Sequence record: NC_070650.1
DNA: 64,000 nucleotides
Reading direction: 5' to 3' (one strand)
The translations under genes were made by a program, and so were the position numbers. The notes under the pieces were generated by a model, which searched no databases, was not told where the DNA came from, and worked only from the letters and a program-made list of their open reading frames with translations. This document shows, one piece after another, positions 19,670 through 29,260 of the stretch. The first letter of the stretch is position 1; each line of letters begins with the position of its first letter.

Positions 19670-20942
19670 TGACATTTATGGGTTTTCGGACACCATCTCC
19701 ATGGAGTCGTTTGACAACATGGGTGGGTTTGAGCCCCTTGAAGCCGCGTCCACCCTAAATGACTTGGTCACAACGGCCAACCAAATTCAGGGTATTCGCG
19801 ACAGCATTCTCAGCGATGGTGTATCCAAAACAGATGCGCTGGCGCTGGAGAGTTTAAATCCGGGATTCTTTCCGCAGTATGTGCCAATGCATTCCTTTAC
19901 CCAGATGCGGTCTCATACTAACCTTACCGTCACGCTGGAATCCATTAAATCGTGGGCCACGATGTCGATTGCGAATATGGTTAAAGCACTGTATCGTTTT
20001 CTGATGTCTTGTGTCAATTGGGTTAAAAATGCAATCAAAGGTTTCTTTGGTACTGGGAAAGATGCTAAACGCGTAATTGCCAATACGGAAGCCACGGTAA
20101 AAGCAACGGATGAAATTGTAACCCAGACTCGGGGAGCGACGGATAGTAAAACCGATGAGGCATTCCACAAAGCCAAAGAAAAAGCAAAACTATTAATTTC
20201 CGATCATTACACCCAGCTGATGCGTCGAATGGTGTCTGACCGCGGTACTGAGAATATGGTTCGACATTTGCGTGGTCAACTGCATACCGCCTACGCTAAA
20301 CTGGATGTATTAACTGAGAAATACATCCACGCCTTAGATATTTCCAGTAAAGGCGAAATTAACTACCAGGAAGCCAACAGTATTTTTGCTGATTTGGCGA
20401 GCTTTAATCCGGGAACTTTGTTGGACCTGGATTTAGAGTTATCCTATTTTGACCTAAAACAAAAGCTATCTCACGTAGATGGTGCAGTTTTGGTTCAATC
20501 ACTGTGGGATTCTTTGAAACAGCAGAACATGAAGCGGGCATCTTGGGAAGTGAAAACCAGTGATGTCATTTCCGGCATGTTGCAATTGACTGGTCGTTTG
20601 GAAGAACTTGCCGACGACGTCATCGATCCCGAGCTGGACACCACAGTCCCTACAGTAGTTGATTTCTCTAGCAAGGTACGTAATGCACCTGAGGGTATTA
20701 CTCCTAACCTGGCTTTAGCAAGTCAACGGCTCACAGAAGGGTTTACTGTAGCCCAGCATGGTATTGGAATTTATGTTGAGCTGTTGAAAGCTTTTATTAC
20801 CCTGACCGACCTGGGGTGGAAAGCCTCGAAAAGTATGATGGGTGACATTGCCACTAAAGCAAAAACCGATTGTACTGAGTACGCCGCAGTCATCAAAGAT
20901 ATCGAGCAGCGTTTAAAAACAACGTTAAAGAAACAAAGTTAG
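19659..20942 (+). CDS. Putative internal head protein (phiKZ gp86-like)
   Basis: SME, ALE and TLE sites followed by an amphipathic helix similar to the inner-body family. Confidence 0.6.
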   Translation: MQNNDIYGFSDTISMESFDNMGGFEPLEAASTLNDLVTTANQIQGIRDSILSDGVSKTDALALESLNPGFFPQYVPMHSFTQMRSHTNLTVTLESIKSWATMSIANMVKALYRFLMSCVNWVKNAIKGFFGTGKDAKRVIANTEATVKATDEIVTQTRGATDSKTDEAFHKAKEKAKLLISDHYTQLMRRMVSDRGTENMVRHLRGQLHTAYAKLDVLTEKYIHALDISSKGEINYQEANSIFADLASFNPGTLLDLDLELSYFDLKQKLSHVDGAVLVQSLWDSLKQQNMKRASWEVKTSDVISGMLQLTGRLEELADDVIDPELDTTVPTVVDFSSKVRNAPEGITPNLALASQRLTEGFTVAQHGIGIYVELLKAFITLTDLGWKASKSMMGDIATKAKTDCTEYAAVIKDIEQRLKTTLKKQS

Positions 20943-20982
20943 ACAACATATTGGGAGGGCTTTCGCCCTCCCTTTTATGCCG
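20941..20982. terminator. Terminator-like hairpin, repeat family B, flanks in opposite orientation
   Basis: AGACAACATATTGGGAGGGC-TTTC-GCCCTCCCTTTTATGCCG between convergent genes. Confidence 0.85.
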
Positions 20983-23926
20983 TCGTAGTGCTAGCAGTGC
21001 TGGTTAAATGATTATAAAAGTTTACTGTAATGTCATCTTGCACTTGAAGTGTGCCGTCGGACAGTGTGGTCAATTTACGTTTGATGGACGGCCTGGTGAC
21101 GTTGTCTTGGGCTGTGAAGACAGTAATGTCTTTATTTGGCCCAACGGGATAAACGTACACCGCCAATGCATCCTCACCGAGTGCTGTTCCAATATCAGCA
21201 CCTACTGCATCAATGCTGAAGGTAGCATCACTAAGCGCCGTATAGATCACCGAATGCACTTTATCTTTCATCGAAGCAATCAGACTTTCACTGTTGTAAT
21301 TGGTGGAAGTCAGATATACATCTACTTGGAAAGACAGATTACTATCGATAGTCTGGGTTTCGCCAGCACCAACAATAACTGTGGTATCACCCAAGGTGGT
21401 TTGGGGGATGTAATAAAGTGCAGTATTTTCCAGTAAAGAATCATTCAGTCCGGTGATGGTTTCCAGATAAGACAGCACCGACGTTGGTAACGATTTGCGA
21501 TAGGCCACGCCATTGACGTCTGTTGCAAAATAGAACAACCCGTCAACTACGCAGACATCAATTTGGCGCGCGATTGCCCGCACCCCTAACTCCACAGGAG
21601 AGCCATCTACCATCACCACATCGGTTGGCTCGTGTAATACAATCCGGTTACCGGTTGAATCCAGGACGTAGTCTCCTTTCCGATGCAGAATTTCGGCCAG
21701 GTATGTTCCATCTGACTGTTGTACCAGTTCGATGTCACCCGCTGCGTTGGTTAAATAAATATCTTCATCGTAAGTCGAGTATACGGTAATCCCGTAAGTC
21801 TGGTATTGAACGGAATCCTTGACCGTTCTAGAGGACCGCCACAGGTAGGTCATCGCCGTACCGAACTGTAGCGCCACCGATTCCTGTACCACGCCGAGAG
21901 TAGTGCTTGGAACTTGCTCAGTGTAGACAAAATTATCAATGTCTGAACCGGTAATGGTTGATGTATCCAAACCAGACAGTTCCCAGACTAAATAAAAAGT
22001 CTGAGTTAATGTCGCCATGGTTTTGATTATTTCACCATTATACATACTAAATCCAGTCATCTCCATATTGTCATTAGCGTCAATATAGAACGTCGGATTT
22101 AATTGGAACTGCCAGCAACGTTCACCGTTGATCGTCCCAATCAACGTACCCGTCATGTAGGCATAATCCGATTCACCCACAGGCAAATATGCTAACTGCA
22201 GATGGCATTGATCGTCACTGAGATTTTTGTAGTTGGCATCAGACGCCGCAACCACAGTCAAAGTGTAACCCGTAGATGACCGACTAATCGCAATACTACC
22301 AGTAGCGATTGAATATGCAATCGTTGGGTTTTCGGCAATAAAGTTTCTAGCCGAAATGGTTGGGGAGTCAAGGTAATACGGTCGCAGTGCGAAAGTATTG
22401 TTGGCGGTATCTAAAACATAATGCCACGGGGTGTAGACAACCTTACCTATATCGGCCCCCAAAGCAGCGACCAAATCATCGTAAGCTTTGTTGTTCCATA
22501 ATGAAACATAAGACTGATAATCAGCTTCTGGCAACATGGTCAGTACGCCGCTTGTAATTCTAAACAGCGTGGACGGAGTAATCGTAATTGACGTATTGTT
22601 GTCAATCACCGTACTGCGAGTGATTAACGACTCCATGGTATCTTCCATCGTGTACACCGCAGCACCCGCCCCAGATTTAAGTACGGAAGTATCATCGGGG
22701 GTAGGTAGCATTCTGGAAGCTGCGTAAGTACGGGAGGTGATGATGTCTTTTGTTTTAATAACATTGAAATCATCTAACGTCAATGCCGTTTCCAGTTGAC
22801 CGATGGTGATTGGTGTGTCCACCTTGGTGTTTTTCATGATGACCTGCTCACGTAAAACATCAAAGTCAATCGGTGACGTTCCGCCAGAGGTAGTATCATC
22901 AGAATAAATCGGCGTATCTATACTCGCCAAAGGTGCCGTGTAAACGGTATCAGTCGCATCGTAATCATTAAATACAGCACTGAAACTGGAGGTGCTATAA
23001 TTCGACAAATTGATGTTGGACGGGCCTTTGGTGGTATAAATATCAACACGAATTTGACTTCCCACCAAACCAGTGGTCTGGTAGATTTGCGGGATGCTGA
23101 CTTGTAATTTATTTGTCCCGACGGATAATACCGCGGTTACCGTGCTGGCATCAAATACCTGGTCCGAATGCGTAGTCTGATACTCGGTCCAGGTAGTGCC
23201 GTCAGTAGACCCATAAACCCGACAATAGTAGTAATTGTCCGTGAGGGTATACGTTTTATTGAATGGCGCCGAAGACGTCATCTGTGATGTAAAGTGACTC
23301 AGGGTGAACTGTTTGAGTGGAACGACAATATCAATCCAGTCCTCGTAAGCACTATCATCACCGCTTTTCAAACTTTTAATTGACCAGGATACCAGGTTAG
23401 ATACCAGAGACTCCATTGGGGATATGATGTCGTTGGTATACACCACTTGGAAACTTCCATGAGGCATTAAACGAATATCGATAGGGTATTCCAACCCAAA
23501 GTTATAGGAATCGACCGTGACCTGTGTATTGCGTGGAATGACGATTTTCGATACGCCGGTGTCGCCAACGGGCACTACATTTTTCTTGACGCTTGCCACC
23601 TTTAATAAAAAGTGGAATGTTGCGGTGTCCGGAGTGCTGAACCGATTAAGGTAATCGGTATCAGTCATATGCAAATAAAGGTCTTCTTGTGTAGTCGCCA
23701 ATGCAGGATACATTTTACGATATACTGTATCCATTTCATTCATGCAAGCGGCTGTCCCACACGCATTTGCTTCCAGCAAAAAGATAAATGGGTTTGTGGC
23801 ATCCACGATATCGATGTCACCGGAATATGCTGCCTCTACGGCATTTAGTTGATATTGCTGCACCATCGCCGGATTACTCCGCACGTTGGTGATATTAGCG
23901 ATTAGGTCGCTGGCTTTATAAGACAT
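20975..23926 (-). CDS. Large virion/baseplate protein (phiKZ gp87-like; probable wedge component)
   Basis: About 983 aa, T/S/Y-rich and beta-type composition. Start placed at ATG 23926 behind a GGAG RBS; syntenic position. Confidence 0.55.
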   Translation of the reverse strand: MSYKASDLIANITNVRSNPAMVQQYQLNAVEAAYSGDIDIVDATNPFIFLLEANACGTAACMNEMDTVYRKMYPALATTQEDLYLHMTDTDYLNRFSTPDTATFHFLLKVASVKKNVVPVGDTGVSKIVIPRNTQVTVDSYNFGLEYPIDIRLMPHGSFQVVYTNDIISPMESLVSNLVSWSIKSLKSGDDSAYEDWIDIVVPLKQFTLSHFTSQMTSSAPFNKTYTLTDNYYYCRVYGSTDGTTWTEYQTTHSDQVFDASTVTAVLSVGTNKLQVSIPQIYQTTGLVGSQIRVDIYTTKGPSNINLSNYSTSSFSAVFNDYDATDTVYTAPLASIDTPIYSDDTTSGGTSPIDFDVLREQVIMKNTKVDTPITIGQLETALTLDDFNVIKTKDIITSRTYAASRMLPTPDDTSVLKSGAGAAVYTMEDTMESLITRSTVIDNNTSITITPSTLFRITSGVLTMLPEADYQSYVSLWNNKAYDDLVAALGADIGKVVYTPWHYVLDTANNTFALRPYYLDSPTISARNFIAENPTIAYSIATGSIAISRSSTGYTLTVVAASDANYKNLSDDQCHLQLAYLPVGESDYAYMTGTLIGTINGERCWQFQLNPTFYIDANDNMEMTGFSMYNGEIIKTMATLTQTFYLVWELSGLDTSTITGSDIDNFVYTEQVPSTTLGVVQESVALQFGTAMTYLWRSSRTVKDSVQYQTYGITVYSTYDEDIYLTNAAGDIELVQQSDGTYLAEILHRKGDYVLDSTGNRIVLHEPTDVVMVDGSPVELGVRAIARQIDVCVVDGLFYFATDVNGVAYRKSLPTSVLSYLETITGLNDSLLENTALYYIPQTTLGDTTVIVGAGETQTIDSNLSFQVDVYLTSTNYNSESLIASMKDKVHSVIYTALSDATFSIDAVGADIGTALGEDALAVYVYPVGPNKDITVFTAQDNVTRPSIKRKLTTLSDGTLQVQDDITVNFYNHLTSTASTTTA

Positions 23927-23940
23927 GGGAAAACGCTCCA

Positions 23941-25080
23941 TTAAGAGGTGGAGGTAGTCGTCGTAATCGACTCGTATTCGGAGGGGGTTAACCACCAGGT
24001 TAATTCATTCGTGGCCAGATTGATATATGGTAACGCCATGTAGTTATATTTCTTGACTTCATCCGTGGTCAGCTGTTTCAGTGAAGACGGTCCGGTTAAA
24101 TCACCGGTGGTCATATTCACTTTAATGTTTCCCATCGGAGAATACCAATCAGCAACCAGGTCATTGAACTCTTTTAGTACAATGGGGTCGTTGTATTCCG
24201 CACCAATGCAGGTAAACGGAACTGATATCTGTTGGTTGTTGAAGTTATAGGGTCGGGTAGCATCAAAGTTAAATGCAGCACCCATGGGTGTTGATGTCGG
24301 AAATGCAGCACCCGTATTTGCCCACTTCTGAATGTATCGCCTGCCCGGGTCTAACACAAACATATAAATTCGAGTTTGGTAATCAACTTCATTATCCACA
24401 ACCTGATCCGGGTAGGGTGTCATGATGTTGTTGTAGATATTTGAGGCGTATGTACACCAGGAATCAATCAACAATGATATAGGATCTCCCGGAACGTTTG
24501 TGAAGTTGGCCTGGAGGTTAAAAACTCCTACCTGTTTATAGATTCCGTCAACCTGGGCGGTTGATTCACGCCATATGCCCGAGGGTGAGGTCCAGTAATC
24601 TAACACTGGGTCGGGCCATCCCGATAACGATATTAACGTGTTGGTTAATAACGGCATAAAAGGAAGTCGTGGGTCGACCAGCGGAGTCGTGATTCCACGA
24701 GCTACTTCTCCGACGTGGTCCAGATAACAACGAACGGCGCGCTGTAAAGTCATTGGTTCGTTGGTACCTAATTGGGACATCTTTCTATCTTGTCCCAGGT
24801 TATCGTACGTTAGACAGCATCTCGGGCGGGTCATAAATGCAATCCCGGAGTTGTCCAGGTTAGAAACAACGGGGTTACCCATGCCTCTGAAATTCAGACC
24901 ACGCATGAGATACATATTTGAGCGTTTAAGGTCGCCATAGCCACTTTCACGGGTAATAGACTCTACTTCTTTCAACCAGTCTGTCTGAATTGTAGTCTGG
25001 TTGACATCAGTACGGTATACACCGGTAGTATCTTCGGCCGACGTGTACGCAGTCAAGGGAAGTGTTCCTGAATTTGCCAT
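23941..25080 (-). CDS. Tail-tube-like baseplate protein (phiKZ gp88-like; T4 gp48/gp54-type)
   Basis: Pattern F...GDPI......W...YQTRIY.F.LD...AFPTS.PMG..FNF...ISVPF.C resembles the tube/tube-initiator fold. Confidence 0.5.
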   Translation of the reverse strand: MANSGTLPLTAYTSAEDTTGVYRTDVNQTTIQTDWLKEVESITRESGYGDLKRSNMYLMRGLNFRGMGNPVVSNLDNSGIAFMTRPRCCLTYDNLGQDRKMSQLGTNEPMTLQRAVRCYLDHVGEVARGITTPLVDPRLPFMPLLTNTLISLSGWPDPVLDYWTSPSGIWRESTAQVDGIYKQVGVFNLQANFTNVPGDPISLLIDSWCTYASNIYNNIMTPYPDQVVDNEVDYQTRIYMFVLDPGRRYIQKWANTGAAFPTSTPMGAAFNFDATRPYNFNNQQISVPFTCIGAEYNDPIVLKEFNDLVADWYSPMGNIKVNMTTGDLTGPSSLKQLTTDEVKKYNYMALPYINLATNELTWWLTPSEYESITTTTSTS

Positions 25081-25120
25081 CGATAAAACCTTTTCTTTTT
25101 TGACTATAAGGGGTTACACC

Positions 25121-26236
25121 ATGCCATTACCACTCTTGCCCGCAGTGGCGGGTGCCGGTTCCATGATCACAATATTGGGCGCTATTAAAAAGGCCATGGC
25201 AGCCGGTAAAGGCGTTTTGGCGGCGAACGCTAAAGAGACGAGCCTGGTCGAATATACGCGAGGTACTCGTGCTGAATTCGTTACTTTATTAGAAGACAGT
25301 TTGTCCGCGCTGCCGTACATCGACGTCATTTTGCAGAACTCGCTTAGCCTTTGCACCGCGTATTACCTTCAGGCCGCTGCAGTGGACACCACAGTATCCG
25401 GCGTTCGTGTAGTTGACCGCCTGAATAAAATCAACCCTAACCGTTATGGTAGTGTTGGTAAAGTCATTTCTGCCACCATGGAAGGGATCGACAACGATGC
25501 CGAACTTCCAAACTATCTTTCTATGGAAGCTGCGGGTAGTCCGGCCGCTAAAGTAGAAGGCTATGGTGGCGTTGTTGGCGGTAAGCTCGGTGATACCATC
25601 AAAGCTTACGATTCGATGTTAGTTGGTAAAAACGTCGAAGTATCAATCATTGAAAATGGCCAGAAGGCCGTTATTCCAGTTACAGTGCGGCTGAATGTGT
25701 TGGGTGCGTCTGGTAATGAAATTACCGATATCCTGGCCCTGTCTTCAGGCGATGTAGCAAGTAAAGTCTACAACTACCGTTTCCGTCCCGGTACGCTGGC
25801 AGCTATTCGCGAAATGCTGCTTTGCGATAATCAAGTTAATCTGCATCGCAAAACGCTGCTGAAAGAAAAATCGGGTTTTTATGCTGCGACTTTGAAACGT
25901 CGGGCAGAAAATAAACTCGCTGCTCTCGCGTCCGGTGAAGTGTCTTTAGCGGCAGCCAGTAGTCTCATCATCATTAGTAAAGAAACCCAGCTGAAAGTTG
26001 AAGCAGCTCTGGGCGGTAAGCTGGACAATGAACGCATTCGTGAAATCATTTTCCAAACTACTTCATCCATGATTCTCGCCGTGGTTGATACCAAATGGGA
26101 AGAGGTCACCATGTACGTTAAGTCGCAAGACCTGCCGTACGAAGCACCGGTCTCTCGCCTGAAACAACTGAACAAAGATGGTGGTGAAGGCATTCTGGAC
26201 GCCATGCAGAAACTGCTGGCCGGCAAACCGCTCTAA
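25121..26236 (+). CDS. Virion head protein (phiKZ gp89-like)
   Basis: ATG 25121 is preferred because the longer ORF start overlaps a divergent gene. Contains an SME site; syntenic position. Confidence 0.6.
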   Translation: MPLPLLPAVAGAGSMITILGAIKKAMAAGKGVLAANAKETSLVEYTRGTRAEFVTLLEDSLSALPYIDVILQNSLSLCTAYYLQAAAVDTTVSGVRVVDRLNKINPNRYGSVGKVISATMEGIDNDAELPNYLSMEAAGSPAAKVEGYGGVVGGKLGDTIKAYDSMLVGKNVEVSIIENGQKAVIPVTVRLNVLGASGNEITDILALSSGDVASKVYNYRFRPGTLAAIREMLLCDNQVNLHRKTLLKEKSGFYAATLKRRAENKLAALASGEVSLAAASSLIIISKETQLKVEAALGGKLDNERIREIIFQTTSSMILAVVDTKWEEVTMYVKSQDLPYEAPVSRLKQLNKDGGEGILDAMQKLLAGKPL

Positions 26237-26249
26237 GAGGTTAACGGAC

Positions 26250-27161
26250 ATGAGCTTATTTGATTTTGTAAAAAGTATCACTCAGAAATTCGAGCGTAAC
26301 GAGGTCTATGACGATATCGACCAGCTGCGTAAATTTCTGACGGGTGAGCTGGGCACCAAATATAAAGGCGCCGCTAAACAGTTTGCGCGTGGAGGCTTTG
26401 ATTCCCCTTACGCCAAGAAAGTTACCGACGTCTACGTTTCAGCTATCAATGACCGTCGACCAACTGAAAACTACCTGGTGTATACCTCGGAAGTGTTGGA
26501 AAAAATGGCGGGGCACACCAAAGTACTGCGCGAGCTGGCTGCAACTCATCTGAACAATACCGTTCAAAAAGACGGGCTATCGTTTACAGCGTCTTATCTC
26601 CTACAGGTCATTACTGTAGCTGATTTCGTCGTTGAATACGCCAGCCGTAATCTGTATGCGACGATGGCTAATCTCGCGTATCAGAACTCTAACGGCGATA
26701 CACTAGTCGCCCCTCAGTTAGTCCCAGCTGAAATTTCCTGGTTGGACGATAACTGCCGTGCATTCTTCATGGCGTTGAAATTGTTCGATGTTGACTCCGC
26801 TACGTTGAAACGTAAATTGAATTCTGTGCCGGACATGATTCCGGATATGGCTGATTTCCAAGCCATCGCAGAAACGGTCGGTGTTTATACATTGGACCCA
26901 CTCGGCGTCGGTTTTGTAGAAACCCGTCAAGGTAATCCGTTGCTGCAATTCCGTCTGTGGGTGGCTAACCGTCAGGTTGCCAAGTATCGTGCGATGGAAG
27001 CTGAAATGCAGGCGATTGAGCTGCGTCTGCTGCAACTGAAATATCAGACGGCGGGCAAACCCGATCCGGCCGTAGACCAGGAAGTGCGGTACGCGGAAGA
27101 GCATCTGTCTTCTTTATATTCTAAGAAGGCCAAGCTTGACGAAAAATACGGGCTGGTCTGA
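26250..27161 (+). CDS. Virion protein (phiKZ gp90-like)
   Basis: GAGG RBS before ATG 26250; helical protein with a C-terminal coiled coil; syntenic position. Confidence 0.6.
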   Translation: MSLFDFVKSITQKFERNEVYDDIDQLRKFLTGELGTKYKGAAKQFARGGFDSPYAKKVTDVYVSAINDRRPTENYLVYTSEVLEKMAGHTKVLRELAATHLNNTVQKDGLSFTASYLLQVITVADFVVEYASRNLYATMANLAYQNSNGDTLVAPQLVPAEISWLDDNCRAFFMALKLFDVDSATLKRKLNSVPDMIPDMADFQAIAETVGVYTLDPLGVGFVETRQGNPLLQFRLWVANRQVAKYRAMEAEMQAIELRLLQLKYQTAGKPDPAVDQEVRYAEEHLSSLYSKKAKLDEKYGLV

Positions 27162-27176
27162 TAAAGGAGCACCATC

Positions 27177-27671
27177 ATGGCTATGCCGTACACACGTATT
27201 TATTCCATCGGTTATACTCGCACTACTACGGATGCGGGTTCCATCATGGAACTCAATTCGGATAGTGAGGCGATTGCTCTGTTTGAGCAGTTAGCCCAAG
27301 GTGATGTGGGTCTGAGTAATTGGCCGTATACCAGAAACGCTATTACCTGCGCCAGTCGATTATTCGGTTCCGATCTCCAGGAATGGTTCGATTCCCAGGC
27401 ATCGAATGACCGACTGACCGTCAATGCCCGTGGACTACTCAATGACACCATCGGTTACATTAATACGGGCAATCGCAAGGTGTCCCTGCAGTCATGGGCT
27501 CGCATCTTAATGCGTGAGCAAGATATGGACTTACCTAAAGGTCCAGGCAAGATTGAGGTCATTACCGACCTCAAAACAAATGCACTCACTCAGTGGCTTC
27601 GCCACGACCGTGGGCTTATCGATCTGGTAACCACCATGAATATTTTATTCGGGAAAGGGGTTAGCCAGTAA
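27177..27671 (+). CDS. Putative virion protein (phiKZ gp91 position)
   Basis: AAGGAG RBS; 164 aa. Confidence 0.65.
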   Translation: MAMPYTRIYSIGYTRTTTDAGSIMELNSDSEAIALFEQLAQGDVGLSNWPYTRNAITCASRLFGSDLQEWFDSQASNDRLTVNARGLLNDTIGYINTGNRKVSLQSWARILMREQDMDLPKGPGKIEVITDLKTNALTQWLRHDRGLIDLVTTMNILFGKGVSQ

Positions 27672-27760
27672 GATAGTATGCTTTTGACGGTTGTTATTTC
27701 GACCGTCACAAACGACATGTCTATTTGAGTTATAACGTTAACGTTTAAAGGATAAATACC

Positions 27761-29188
27761 ATGGTAATGAAATTGAAAGGTCGCCGTATTAGCCTGGAAG
27801 AGCTGGCTGAAGGCAACGTAGACGCAGGCGCCGCGGATGCAGTTGCAGCAGGCGATATCGAAACCCGTCTGGAAGTGGAAACCCGTCCGGATGTAGACCT
27901 GGTTATTGCTGAAGGCGATATCGACGACGCAGCTACTGATGTTGAAGTAGCTGAAGATAACGTCGATACTCTCGTTGACACTGGCGAAGAGCTGGCGGCC
28001 ATCCGCAACCAAATCGCCGATACTCTGGAAGATGAAGGTCTGGACGAAGTTAGTGCCGGCCTGGCGCGCACTGCCGCCAACATCGCACTGCGTCGCGTTG
28101 ACAGCGAGCTGGTAACTCCGGCCACTGAGAGCTTCGGCGGTTCTGCCACCGCACGTATGGACAATACCCGCGTAACGATGGAAGCCATCGACGGCAAACT
28201 GCGCCAAATCTGGGAAGCAGTTAAGAAAGCACTAATCGAAGCCTGGAACGCATTCAAGGCCCTGGTCAAACAACTGTTTGACGGTAAAGCTCGCGTAAAA
28301 GCTCAGGCCGAGAAACTGCTGGAAACCATCAAAGCGACCTCTGGCAACGCCGCCGGTGGTGAGAAGATCGAAATCAAAGACACGACCCTGAAAATGATCG
28401 CGGCTCAGCGCCCACTGGCAGCTGACTGGGAAACCCCGGTTCAAGCTGTTCTGACCGCCGTAGGGGCGGCCGATAAACTGGCTGAACAGGAAATCGCGTT
28501 TAACAACGGTCTGGCGGCTGCACTGCAGGGCGTTAACCCGGAAGCAGGTCTGGACGAAGCAACCCGTAAAGTGCTGGGCTTCCTGTCCAGTTACAAACAA
28601 GCGGCTGAAGCCGCAGCGGCCGCATTCAAAACCATCGGCGGTGAAGCGAAAGCAGATATCGACGTACCTGAAGGTTTTGAAGTAGTCGTATCCAACGTTC
28701 TGCCGGGTGGCTACGCGTTTTACGTCGTTGCACCGAAAGAAGGTTCTGATCTGTCTCTGCCGGTTATTCTGGCCAATACCAAATCTGGTATTACCGAAGT
28801 TGAAGTTACTGGCGAATTCTCCGGTGACGTAACTGCGGTATCTGCGGCGTCTGCCATCTCTCTGCTGGAATCTGTTATTGCTGCAATTGATGCGCTGGCT
28901 TCCGATAAACTGGAAGAGCTGGTAGCTGCACAAGACAAAGTCATCAAAGCCGGCGATGCGCTTGCCAATAAAGGTGGCGAAGCTGGCCCGCTGGGTGCCC
29001 TGCTGCGTTCCCTGCCGCGGGTTGTTCGCGGTGTTGCCAAAGGTTCGGCTGACTGTGAAAAATACTCAGTTAAACTGTCCTTTGCCGTGGTCGAAGTGGT
29101 TCGTGCTTCTGCGCGCACTTATGGTAAAACTGGTACCGATGTTGCTAAAACCAGTGATGCCGCTGCAGCTACTGCAGCTGAAGCCTAA
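27761..29188 (+). CDS. Internal head (inner body/ejection) protein with acidic propeptide, phiKZ gp93-97 family
   Basis: Acidic N-terminus with SLE, ATE and TME sites, then EAIDGKLRQIWEAVKK. Strong high-expression codon bias. Confidence 0.75.
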   Translation: MVMKLKGRRISLEELAEGNVDAGAADAVAAGDIETRLEVETRPDVDLVIAEGDIDDAATDVEVAEDNVDTLVDTGEELAAIRNQIADTLEDEGLDEVSAGLARTAANIALRRVDSELVTPATESFGGSATARMDNTRVTMEAIDGKLRQIWEAVKKALIEAWNAFKALVKQLFDGKARVKAQAEKLLETIKATSGNAAGGEKIEIKDTTLKMIAAQRPLAADWETPVQAVLTAVGAADKLAEQEIAFNNGLAAALQGVNPEAGLDEATRKVLGFLSSYKQAAEAAAAAFKTIGGEAKADIDVPEGFEVVVSNVLPGGYAFYVVAPKEGSDLSLPVILANTKSGITEVEVTGEFSGDVTAVSAASAISLLESVIAAIDALASDKLEELVAAQDKVIKAGDALANKGGEAGPLGALLRSLPRVVRGVAKGSADCEKYSVKLSFAVVEVVRASARTYGKTGTDVAKTSDAAAATAAEA

Positions 29189-29209
29189 AGCAATGCATTA
29201 ACACTGCTG

Positions 29210-29238
29210 AGGGCGGAGGGTAACCTCCGCCCTTTTGT
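29210..29238 (+). terminator. Intrinsic terminator
   Basis: AGGGCGGAGG-GTAA-CCTCCGCCCT followed by TTTGTG. Confidence 0.75.
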
Positions 29239-29260
29239 GTTATCGATAGAGGAATAAATA

